The notes under the pieces: generated by a model | Told to the model about the DNA's origin: nothing | What the model saw: the letters and a program-made list of their open reading frames with translations, nothing else | Databases searched by the model: none | Assembly (NCBI GenBank): GCA_046482545.1 | Contig: JAWOEX010000021.1 | Coordinates: forward strand, 96,001-160,000 | Reading direction: 5' to 3' | Length of the DNA stretch: 64,000 bases | Source of the DNA: Candidatus Thorarchaeota archaeon | Lineage (GTDB): Archaea > Asgardarchaeota > Thorarchaeia > Thorarchaeales > Thorarchaeaceae | In this document: one piece after another, positions 29,780 through 38,433 of the stretch | How the letters are laid out: each line of letters opens with the position of its first letter | Position numbering within the stretch: the stretch's first letter is position 1 | Position numbers and translations under genes: made by a program

Positions 29780-30544
29780 TCACTTCAGAGAAAGACCCAG
29801 TTCAGATATGGCTTCCGATGCCCATTCCTTCACAACTAGAGGCTTCTCTCTTCCAAATACCTTTAGCTTCTGGACTATATCCGCGTCCAACAGGCTGCTA
29901 ACATAATATGAAACCAAACTCTTGTCCAGTGAAAGAATCCGACTAAGTTCTGCCTGTGTAATCTCAGAATTGGTTAAGCACTTTTCCACAATGGAAGCGA
30001 CCGTCGGATTTCGAATTAGTGCAGCGAGTTCTAGGTTTCGCTTTTCCGATGTGAAGCCAGAGATGAAGAGATGACGCGTATTGCCCATTCTGTGGGAAAC
30101 TACGAGTCCGGCGTCTTCCATATTAGAAAGATGGTATTGAAGCGCACCCATGGCACAATCCAAGTGTCGTCTCAATTCACGCAAATGGATACCGGGAAAA
30201 TTCTCAATCTCATCCAGAATTCTCGCTCTTAATGTGACACCCTGTTCTTTTTCTCCTGCATCGACCGAGATGGTTCCTATAACCAGTATAGATGGTATAA
30301 TATTGCCCAGAGTGTTGGTAAGGGTGTTGTCCATTATTACAGATGTACCCATCCTCATTGATGCAAAGCTCATATCACAGTCAACAGCTGCTTGATGCAT
30401 AGATGCAACCTCACTAATTTCGTCAGCTGAAATTACTGCTGAGCCTCTCTGAACACTAGAAATCAAGAAGACCGCAAGACCGGACATCATGAGAACCATT
30501 ACTGTCGCAGCCAACAGTCCTTTGGTACTTTTTCCAACACTCAT
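29780..30544 (-). CDS. Double winged-helix regulator with N-terminal hydrophobic segments
   Basis: RARILDEIENFPGIHLREL...GALQYHL; ITQAELSRILSLDKSLVSYYV. Confidence 0.82.
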   Translation of the reverse strand: MSVGKSTKGLLAATVMVLMMSGLAVFLISSVQRGSAVISADEISEVASMHQAAVDCDMSFASMRMGTSVIMDNTLTNTLGNIIPSILVIGTISVDAGEKEQGVTLRARILDEIENFPGIHLRELRRHLDCAMGALQYHLSNMEDAGLVVSHRMGNTRHLFISGFTSEKRNLELAALIRNPTVASIVEKCLTNSEITQAELSRILSLDKSLVSYYVSSLLDADIVQKLKVFGREKPLVVKEWASEAISELGLSLK

Positions 30545-30621
30545 TGTTTTTTACCGTGCATCAGATATTATCCTTTACAATTAAGGGATACGTTTGTTAC
30601 ATCGCCGTACGAGCACCTACT

Positions 30622-31176
30622 TTATCCTCGCGGGGGGTAACTCATCTTAATGTGGAAGGTACAGGTTTCGTCCCCGATTGCCATGCATGTTTCTTCCTCA
30701 ATCTGCAGTGTCTCGTATTCAATACGGTTATAGTCAGTCAGGTATTCCATAATCGATTCAATGAAACCCCGCAAGTAGTAGCAAGCCGGCTCATCAGATT
30801 CCATACTAGCAGCATAAGGATTCTCCTTGATTTCGATTATTGCTTCCTCATCAAGAAATAGCTTGTAGAGCTTGGCTATTTCAATTTCTCCAAAAGGTAC
30901 TATCAGCCGCTCCAAGGCCATAGCAATGAATTCAATTATTCCTTTGAAATCGCCAGGGGGAGTCTGCTCTCCTATCTTAAAATATTCCCGTTGTGCTTCC
31001 AATCCGGCTAGCCTTCCAGCACTATAGTAGAGGTCTCTAACGCGATCGGGAAATAGGACCTCAATTCTAGCACCGAGTTTTGTCCAAGTCTTTGCAAAAA
31101 AGGCCTTCATAAGCTCAGTCGAATCGAGCCGTCCCTTCCACCATTCTATGGTTTTTTTATCTGACATCAGGAGCAC
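30622..31176 (-). CDS. V4R-domain protein
   Basis: ENP, PACYYLRGFIESI, EEETCMAIGDETCTF. Confidence 0.88.
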   Translation of the reverse strand: MLLMSDKKTIEWWKGRLDSTELMKAFFAKTWTKLGARIEVLFPDRVRDLYYSAGRLAGLEAQREYFKIGEQTPPGDFKGIIEFIAMALERLIVPFGEIEIAKLYKLFLDEEAIIEIKENPYAASMESDEPACYYLRGFIESIMEYLTDYNRIEYETLQIEEETCMAIGDETCTFHIKMSYPPRG

Positions 31177-31238
31177 TCCATAGTGAATGTTGCTATCTTC
31201 TCATAAGTGCTTTATTGTGATTTCTATCATTAGAGGCA

Positions 31239-31715
31239 TCACCAGACAAGCCGCACATTCCATATGCAGCGGTCAGAGCCCGTTGCCCTAGACATTTCTT
31301 GAAAGACTTTGGCATCAACACCCTTGAGTTCTAATATGGACTCCAAGATGCCACTGAAGATTTCTCCATAGCCAAAACCCCTCATGCCTTCAAGATGTAC
31401 ATCTTGGCACCATACACATTCTTCATCTGTTATTCGTACACTTCCTCGAGCTGTATCCATATCGATTTCATCTGGCTTCCTGTCGTAAAGGGCTCTGAAC
31501 ACTACCTCAACTAGCTTTGATACATCTTCTCGAGTTTGGATAGTTTCTGGTGTGTTCTCGGCAATATCTGAGTTGAGATACAAGTTGGTAGATATATCTC
31601 GCCCCACCTTCCGAAGTTGTTCGTTGGCTTTTTCGATACTGTCAGTGGAAGCCAAAACCCGGTCAACAATTCGAGAGTAAAGAGTTACCAGTAGTGGATT
31701 TTTAACGCTAACCAT
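31239..31715 (-). CDS. Bet3/TRAPP-like V4R-fold protein
   Basis: NPLLVTLYSRIV...ANEQLRKVGRDI and YGEIFSGILESILEL align by eye with Bet3 helices. Confidence 0.75.
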   Translation of the reverse strand: MVSVKNPLLVTLYSRIVDRVLASTDSIEKANEQLRKVGRDISTNLYLNSDIAENTPETIQTREDVSKLVEVVFRALYDRKPDEIDMDTARGSVRITDEECVWCQDVHLEGMRGFGYGEIFSGILESILELKGVDAKVFQEMSRATGSDRCIWNVRLVW

Positions 31716-31745
31716 TTTGGGTTGACCTCTAACTTAATTCGTGAG

Positions 31746-32744
31746 TTACAAGGTTCTGCCAATCATGACAAGACCATCTTTCCTGTATTTCCCAATTGTC
31801 CGAATAACCTTATTGAGAGGTGTATCAGTCATCTCAGCGATTTGTTCTGGTGTATGATGCCCATCACAGAGGCTGATAATGTTCTGATCTTCTGAATCAA
31901 CTTCCGACTCCTTGCCTTCGTACATGGGACATTTGACAAAGCGACCCATAGCACGTTCGACCTCTTGATCTTTCTCTGCACGCGGAAGGTCAACAATTCG
32001 TTTTGTAGCCGCCCAGCGCAGCAATTCCATGATGCGCTCATGGGGCTGTAGCATAGCCTCTGCAATATCCTCTACACTCGTCTTGTCGTCAACAAGCATT
32101 AAGACATCGAATCCAAAATTGCGATACTTCTCTTTCATCGCTTTGTACAAATCGGAATCCAGAGATAGGGCATTCGAGTACTGTTCATGACGTTTTGGTA
32201 TAGTATCTGACTTCAGAGTGAAGTCTTGCGGTTGCAGTTCCTCTTCAGGTTCTTTTCTTTCTTTAGGCTCTGGTTCTTTCGCTGGTGCTTCTTCGACAGC
32301 CGGCTCAGGTTTCGCTTCAGAGAGACTTGGCTCGCTCTCGGTAGAAGCTGCCTTAATTGCAATGCTTTCTAGAACCTCTAAGTTGGATTCTGCGGACTCC
32401 TCAAAATCATCAGGGGGAGGAGGCAAATCAATTCCTTCAAGTAATCGAAGAACATTCTTTGTCTTAGCGATTGCGAGTCCCAGCTGGAGCTCCGGTTCAT
32501 AGAGAACTGTAAGAATCCAGTTAATATCAACTGGTGATAGTACAACGAGACCCTTTTCGGTGTCGATGGTCATAAGGCGCAAATCTGATTCATAGAGAGC
32601 GATGCTGTCCTTCACCCGCGGAAAGAGCTCGTCAGGAAATGAAAAGCTAACGAAAGGTCTGCCAACTTTCGTCATCAATGAATAACCAAGCACTTGTTCG
32701 TCAAACCGAAGCTTGGATAGCGCTCGCTCTAAGTCACTGGACAT
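31746..32744 (-). CDS. Roadblock/LC7 domain + acidic linker + two winged helices
   Basis: LERALSKL..VLGYSLMT..G...LMTIDTEKG.VVL...WILTVL...QLGLAI; VDDKTSVEDIA and CDGHHTPEQIA. Confidence 0.72.
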   Translation of the reverse strand: MSSDLERALSKLRFDEQVLGYSLMTKVGRPFVSFSFPDELFPRVKDSIALYESDLRLMTIDTEKGLVVLSPVDINWILTVLYEPELQLGLAIAKTKNVLRLLEGIDLPPPPDDFEESAESNLEVLESIAIKAASTESEPSLSEAKPEPAVEEAPAKEPEPKERKEPEEELQPQDFTLKSDTIPKRHEQYSNALSLDSDLYKAMKEKYRNFGFDVLMLVDDKTSVEDIAEAMLQPHERIMELLRWAATKRIVDLPRAEKDQEVERAMGRFVKCPMYEGKESEVDSEDQNIISLCDGHHTPEQIAEMTDTPLNKVIRTIGKYRKDGLVMIGRTL

Positions 32745-32997
32745 TATCTGTGTACCTCTTCTGGGGATTGGGGCAGACCTAAACCTATCTCTGCATGAGA
32801 ATGCAACCGCGGCAATCTGAAAAGGATTGCGGTTGAATCCTCGCATGACGACAGTCTCAGTTTGTCCTAATCAATCTAAAGGTGACATACTGGCCGTAGC
32901 ATATTAACGCCAGTAACACAGGGATTCCATACCAAGAAAATGATTAAGAGTGATTGAATGTTAGATGAATAGTGCTAGAAAAGGTGGATATCACAAA

Positions 32998-33594
32998 ATG
33001 CGAAATCTATTGGGAGCAATTGCTTCTGTTCTGCTTGGATCCTATCTGTCATTCATGTTGATCGAAGGGAATGTTCTCCCATATTCTTCACCTTCTGATG
33101 CTTTGTGGTTTCTTATCGCCGGAGGAACTATACTCAATTCTGCGGTGACAGGTATATTCCAACCGAACTTCATTATACCCTATATTGGCATCTGGCTGAT
33201 TATGGGGCTTATATCAGGCGTATTCTCAATATCGAAAAGCAATACTGTTAGAACCGCTTTGTGGATAGCGGTGATTATTGCAATCTTATCAATCCTGTCA
33301 GCATTTCTGCAAAATCCCTCAATCTGGTTTGGGGACATGTTGGAACGGAATTCGTTCTTGCTAGCCCAGTTCGTTCAAGCTATACCAACTTCGCTTCTTT
33401 CTCTTCCAAGTGCGATACCTATGGTTTATGTTAAACAGGTGCTCTTTTCTGAGGGTGAACCAAAACCACCCAACGAGATTCGGACCAGATGTGAATGTGG
33501 AGCGGTATATAAGTCAAAGCCTATGCTCTGCGCCGAATGTGGCAGGGAGCTACATGACCCGGACTCCGAATCTCCAAAACAACAACAAGTGTAG
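32998..33594 (+). CDS. Multi-pass membrane protein with C-terminal Zn ribbon
   Basis: 4-5 TM; RCECGAVYKS.P..CAECG. Confidence 0.8.
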   Translation: MRNLLGAIASVLLGSYLSFMLIEGNVLPYSSPSDALWFLIAGGTILNSAVTGIFQPNFIIPYIGIWLIMGLISGVFSISKSNTVRTALWIAVIIAILSILSAFLQNPSIWFGDMLERNSFLLAQFVQAIPTSLLSLPSAIPMVYVKQVLFSEGEPKPPNEIRTRCECGAVYKSKPMLCAECGRELHDPDSESPKQQQV

Positions 33595-33596
33595 TC

Positions 33597-34115
33597 CTAG
33601 CGTTTTCGAGTAATGGCACCGCCCAGTACGCCGCCAATAGTTGCCCCAATAATTGGGTAGATAGTAGATTCAAGAAGGATTTGAAGTATGGTGAGCGATG
33701 CGGTTCCCAGAATAGCTGTGAAATTAACACCCGGAGCAATAAAGAACACAAGCAACCAATTCAAAACAGCTCCGGAAATGACTGAGAAAATGGATGCCAT
33801 AACTCCATTCGGAATCCCACGCGCTATCAGTCCAGCTATCAACCCCGCTGTGCCCCAAGCTAGAAACATGAGGACGGTGGCACCTTGAGCTCCAAAGCCG
33901 AGATAGGATGCCAAGCTAGTTGAACCGAGAGCACTCGGATAGAGTACAGTACTGACCACCGCAATTCTCAGCTCAAGGTCATTCCGTGACAAGAAATCTA
34001 TGACTATTAGAGGATCTATGATATCCTCCGGTATGAATTCGCCAAAGGCAAGAATTACAAATACAATCATATATGCTGCTACTAGGCCAATGACAGTACC
34101 AAGATTCTGTCCCAA
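33597..34115 (-). CDS. Multi-pass membrane protein (paralog of 32998-33594)
   Basis: 4 TM; W..AGLIAGLIARG..NGV motif. Confidence 0.8.
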   Translation of the reverse strand: MGQNLGTVIGLVAAYMIVFVILAFGEFIPEDIIDPLIVIDFLSRNDLELRIAVVSTVLYPSALGSTSLASYLGFGAQGATVLMFLAWGTAGLIAGLIARGIPNGVMASIFSVISGAVLNWLLVFFIAPGVNFTAILGTASLTILQILLESTIYPIIGATIGGVLGGAITRKR

Positions 34116-34251
34116 AACTAAGGTCCTCCGCGCTTATGGGATGATTCTAACACATGTACATTTATGGTTATTCTATATGGCCTTATAACCTATTTCTTAG
34201 GTGAATGACCTAGAAAGATTAAGCTGAATCCGTCAATAGCCAATTCCACTA

Positions 34252-34755
34252 TTAATTGGCCTTTATTGTCCATGTGCACGTTTCATCGCCCACAGCCTGA
34301 CAAGACTCTTGGTAGGATTCGCCCTTGAAACCCCGCAAGTCAAGTACTGCTTGAAATACGCCGCTAACAAGATTGCAATATTGCAGTCCGGGCATTTCTG
34401 TTATTTGAACATCTTGACAGATTACACAGTTATCATCTGTGAACTTAATCGTCTTCTTGTCGTCACTTATCCAAGTAGATGTGAACTCTTGGCCCGAATT
34501 GACCTTATACGCTAATCTGAGTGTGGATGCAAACTCATGAAACTCACCCGCGTGTTCGCTTATCTTTTCCGCATAGTCCATTAGAAGGTGTTCTCCAACA
34601 CGAAAACCAATATCCTTCAGCTGACCGTTGATTACTTCCACGCTTTGAGAGTGCTGAATCAAGTAGTTCATCAGCTCTCTATATACGGACTGGAACAGTG
34701 GTTTAGCCACTTTGTCAATCTTTAGGGCCCATGCAAGCTTTCCTTTCAATCCCAT
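34252..34755 (-). CDS. Bet3/TRAPP-like V4R-fold protein
   Basis: KVAKPLFQSVYRELM...VINGQLKDIGFRVGEHLLMDY; LQYCNLVSGVFQAVLDL; ESCQAVGDETC. Confidence 0.8.
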   Translation of the reverse strand: MGLKGKLAWALKIDKVAKPLFQSVYRELMNYLIQHSQSVEVINGQLKDIGFRVGEHLLMDYAEKISEHAGEFHEFASTLRLAYKVNSGQEFTSTWISDDKKTIKFTDDNCVICQDVQITEMPGLQYCNLVSGVFQAVLDLRGFKGESYQESCQAVGDETCTWTIKAN

Positions 34756-34771
34756 TGTGTTTCCCTCATCG

Positions 34772-35701
34772 TCATTCTTTTCGTGTTCTATTCGTGCGAA
34801 CAAACTTGACTCGCTTACCCCGGTATGGCACTATTGACTGGAGTACTTGGAAATACTGAATGCCTAATTCATCGGCGATTTCTTGGACTGTGTGGTTACC
34901 ATCACAGAACTCCAGAACTTGCCTGTGTTCACGCTTCGCTTTTCCAATGTTGCCACTGTAGACTGGACATTCCACAATTTCTCGTGTGTCAGCCTCCTGT
35001 TCTGATGGGCATTGAACCGAGACTACTCGCTTGGGTATAAGCCACTCTACAACAGGAATGATCCTATCTACTTGTTTGTCCAGTATCTCAGCTATCTGGA
35101 ATATAGTCCGCTTCTCATCAGCCATAAGTAGAACGTCTAGCGCTAGATTTCCAAACTTTTCAATCATCACAGTGTGGAGATCGGAGCCGCTTTTCATGGC
35201 TTCAGAATACAGTTCGTCCTTGTGAACGATGCAACCATGGCGGACCACAAAATCGTGGTTTTCATCTGCGGATATTTCAGGTTCCTGCTCTTGAATCTCG
35301 TCCCTTTCGCGTTCTTCATGTGGGTCCTCGCTTATAGTATAATCCGTAGACATAGGTGGATCCGGGAGAGCAGTATCCTGCAATGCCGTAACCACATCTC
35401 TAGTAGTTTGAAGAGAGGCGCCTAATGGTTTCTCAGGTACAAATAGAACACCAAGTACCCAGTTTTCATCAACACGCGAAAGAACGACCGTTCCTGCATC
35501 GGTGAGAACATTCACAAGTTTAAGTGATGACGCGTGCGCCTTCATCGTCCCTTTTAGCTGAGGCAAGATTTCTTCTGGCATGGAGAAGGAGAGAAATGGC
35601 TCCCCATCAGTAGTGAAAAGTGAATAGGCGCTGACTGATTCATCGAATCGCAGCTTCCCGAATACATGATCCAAATCCAAAGGCGTTTCACGTCCGTCCA
35701 C
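34772..35701 (-). CDS. Roadblock/LC7 + two winged helices (paralog of 31746-32744)
   Basis: KLRFDE.V.AYSLFTTDGEPFLSFS, DVLLMADEKRT, ECPVY.G, FCDGNHTVQEIA shared with the paralog. Confidence 0.75.
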   Translation of the reverse strand: MDGRETPLDLDHVFGKLRFDESVSAYSLFTTDGEPFLSFSMPEEILPQLKGTMKAHASSLKLVNVLTDAGTVVLSRVDENWVLGVLFVPEKPLGASLQTTRDVVTALQDTALPDPPMSTDYTISEDPHEERERDEIQEQEPEISADENHDFVVRHGCIVHKDELYSEAMKSGSDLHTVMIEKFGNLALDVLLMADEKRTIFQIAEILDKQVDRIIPVVEWLIPKRVVSVQCPSEQEADTREIVECPVYSGNIGKAKREHRQVLEFCDGNHTVQEIADELGIQYFQVLQSIVPYRGKRVKFVRTNRTRKE

Positions 35702-35740
35702 AACGAATAGAGTACTTAGAGATATATTGCAGTCTTTGAT

Positions 35741-36841
35741 TTAAGTAGCTTCTTCGGCTAGCTCATGTTTATCGGGCGGATTTTCGAGAAAGGAAATAAC
35801 ATCAGAAAGAGAAGGGTGCTCAGTAGATACTGAACTAACATATAGAGCAGCAACAGAATTTGCTAGCAACAGACACTCCCGGGGACTCAGTTCGAGCAAG
35901 GTCCCAAGAATAGTGCCCGCATTCCAAGCATCCCCAGCTCCACAGGAAACTCGACTTTTCACTTCAAACGCAGCTACAGTAATTTCCGAATCTGGAGTCA
36001 CTGATGCACTGTAGTGAGGGGTATGTAAGGCAACTTGAATTGCGCACTCAGAAGCCACTTGCTTGGCAGCTTCCAGCCATTTTCTCGGTTTTCCTCTGAC
36101 ACTGAGCCAATCCTTATCTCCAGAAGGAAGATTGTGGGCGAAGTAGCAAATTTCATTCTCGTTTGCACTGAGAATATCTACTAGGCCCCTGCATAACACC
36201 TCCTGTACAAGTGGTTCAACGATGGATGGGTTGTTGGAAGGATCTCCCATATCCATGAAAGTAATGGCATCTGAACTATCCCTGATGGCCCCGTAGAGGT
36301 CTTCAGCGAGGGCTGCTGCTCTCTCATTGTGGTTTAGACAGACAAGTGCTACTAAGGGACTTGCAAAAATTGCTTCAAGGTCATCATTGGTCAAATCACT
36401 GAATTGAAAGTTGGCTGCTGCTCCACTATCGCTTATCATGAGATTGACATTCCTGCCATTGTGCGCTGTTTCAATTGAAACCGTATACGAAAGGGTTCCG
36501 TCAGTATGAACATGCTTCAAATCAAGGTCGGGATGAACTAGGGTTCTCAGCAAATTCTTTCCCCATTCACTTGTTTTCACAATTAGATGCGGCTGGACAT
36601 TAAGTGAAAACAGAGCCGAGGCTGTATTGACTGCATTGCCGCCTCGGCGGATAAATTGTTCTGTGCCCATTAGATTACCACCTCCTTGATTAGCCAAGCG
36701 GTCCAAACCATCTGTGAATTCTTTATAGGAGGGGTATACCACGAAATGGTCAACGAAAAAATCTGGCAATATTACTGGAGGGCTAAAACCAAAGGGACCA
36801 GATAGTGCTTGTAGAAGATATTCAACTTCCAGTTTTGTCAC
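35741..36841 (-). CDS. PfkB-family carbohydrate kinase
   Basis: GGNAVNTA, NENE, GAGDAWNAG. Confidence 0.88.
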   Translation of the reverse strand: MTKLEVEYLLQALSGPFGFSPPVILPDFFVDHFVVYPSYKEFTDGLDRLANQGGGNLMGTEQFIRRGGNAVNTASALFSLNVQPHLIVKTSEWGKNLLRTLVHPDLDLKHVHTDGTLSYTVSIETAHNGRNVNLMISDSGAAANFQFSDLTNDDLEAIFASPLVALVCLNHNERAAALAEDLYGAIRDSSDAITFMDMGDPSNNPSIVEPLVQEVLCRGLVDILSANENEICYFAHNLPSGDKDWLSVRGKPRKWLEAAKQVASECAIQVALHTPHYSASVTPDSEITVAAFEVKSRVSCGAGDAWNAGTILGTLLELSPRECLLLANSVAALYVSSVSTEHPSLSDVISFLENPPDKHELAEEAT

Positions 36842-36901
36842 CGCCAGGGTTTAGCCAAAGTGAGTCCGATTTCGGCTTATGCCTTGTCAATCAGCTTGTG
36901 C

Positions 36902-37111
36902 TCATCTTTCTATGTACTGTTCTATCGCTTCCACATTCTCAGAGTATTGAGTGTGACGCCGTAGATCGACAACAAGGCCGATGGAACGGGCCTCATTGAC
37001 TGTCAGCCCTGCCTCAGATAGTTCTCCCCGGCTAAATCCACGGCCAGATCTTCGGTCCTTGGTGTGAGGGGATTTCACAATTGGCTGAGCGCTATCTTCA
37101 AAACTCATCAT
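36902..37111 (-). CDS. rpl13e: Ribosomal protein eL13
   Basis: R.GRGFS.GEL..AGL...AR.IG..VD.RR....ENV. Confidence 0.9.
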   Translation of the reverse strand: MMSFEDSAQPIVKSPHTKDRRSGRGFSRGELSEAGLTVNEARSIGLVVDLRRHTQYSENVEAIEQYIER

Positions 37112-37191
37112 CTAAAGCTCCTTTAGATGACGGGACGCACAACTGTTCTATTATACTTTCGCGGTTGAAGTAACAGTGTATCGATACAAAA

Positions 37192-38025
37192 TTAGAACTC
37201 ATCAATTGTTGTCTGCTCTATCGAAGTGTGCGTAAGCATTCTTTGGAGTTTCTTTCTTTGGCGCGTGTTGATTTTTCCTAGAAATTTCATCATCTGAAAA
37301 GCATTAAGAGGGGCGTTACCTGCAAAATGGTTATTGAAATAGCCTAGTACAGTATCCGCCTTCTGCTGAATTTCATGAAGCCTTGGAACCCAATTCTCTA
37401 GTTCTTCAAGCGAATAGAGATAGTCATACCATGGATTTCGACCATGCCCATGCCAGCGTATATACGTGAAATCTGTTGTCACTCGCAAGTCTATTGGCAG
37501 TTTTGGTTCATCGACTATAACGTGTGCAATTTCGTAGTCCTCTAGTAGGGCCCATGTTTTCTTTTCCAACCAGCTTTCATGTCTAAATTCCATAGCATAT
37601 CGAAAAGAATCATCCAAGCCAGATAAGAAGGTCTCAAGATTGCCCATTGAGGATTTCTTCCATGGCGGTAACTGGATGAGAAGTACCTGTAGCCTATGAT
37701 CCAATGGCTCCATCAATGAGAAGAAACGTTTTAGAACATCACCGGCCTCACCCTCGAGCCGTAATCTGCTATCGTGAGTTACATCTCGAGGTAACTTAGC
37801 CGTGAAAAACTTGTCTTCAGGAAGGGTCTTTTCAAGATGGCGGATGAAAGAGGGCTTCGGAAGGGCATAGAATGTTGAGTTGATTTCTGCAGTATCAAAG
37901 TAGGTTAGATACTGTTTTAGCAAGGAAGAGCCGGAATGATAGAAGATTCCCATCCAGTCATCTTTGTAGGACCAGCCGCTCGTCCCGATATGAAGACCTT
38001 CAATCAATGCTGCCATCTCACTCAT
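37192..38025 (-). CDS. DUF72 family protein
   Basis: IGTSGWSY, EINSTFY, QLPP, EFRH, YIRWHG, YFNNH. Confidence 0.93.
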   Translation of the reverse strand: MSEMAALIEGLHIGTSGWSYKDDWMGIFYHSGSSLLKQYLTYFDTAEINSTFYALPKPSFIRHLEKTLPEDKFFTAKLPRDVTHDSRLRLEGEAGDVLKRFFSLMEPLDHRLQVLLIQLPPWKKSSMGNLETFLSGLDDSFRYAMEFRHESWLEKKTWALLEDYEIAHVIVDEPKLPIDLRVTTDFTYIRWHGHGRNPWYDYLYSLEELENWVPRLHEIQQKADTVLGYFNNHFAGNAPLNAFQMMKFLGKINTRQRKKLQRMLTHTSIEQTTIDEF

Positions 38026-38124
38026 ATTGAAAGATGTTATTCGTTCTTTTGAATGAGCTTGCTACAGCATTGAAGGCGAAACTCATAAGGTACTCTATTA
38101 ATGAAATAGTGTAAGAGGTCTTGT

Positions 38125-38433
38125 ATGAAAGCCGTCGATATCAAGGTCAAGCTAGAGAATCTCGTCACACATCAAGGAGACTTCAGTGATTCTAGCTTCA
38201 AAATGAAATGTGATGCGTCCTACGAGGATTTGATGCTTGTTTTGGAAGGAGATAAGCGAAGGGTAAGATTGCATGCGAGAAATATAGCCAATGCTCACCT
38301 CGAAAAGGATGCACTTCGCGTTAGTGGCATGAACTTCGAAGTAACGGAAGATAACAAGCCTAGCGTTGTCAGCGGTTCGGTACGCCTAGAGCTTGGTGAC
38401 GAAGCGAAAGCATGGTATGAAGAGATTTGGTAG
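38125..38433 (+). CDS. Hypothetical beta-rich protein overlapping the glnA start
   Basis: 102-aa ORF with GAGGT SD. Confidence 0.75.
   Translation: MKAVDIKVKLENLVTHQGDFSDSSFKMKCDASYEDLMLVLEGDKRRVRLHARNIANAHLEKDALRVSGMNFEVTEDNKPSVVSGSVRLELGDEAKAWYEEIW

Noticed and set aside
36860-36905. Selenocysteine or readthrough at the eL13 TGA
   Set aside because: The conserved eL13 core ends before the stop, a second TGA follows four codons later, and no SECIS was seen
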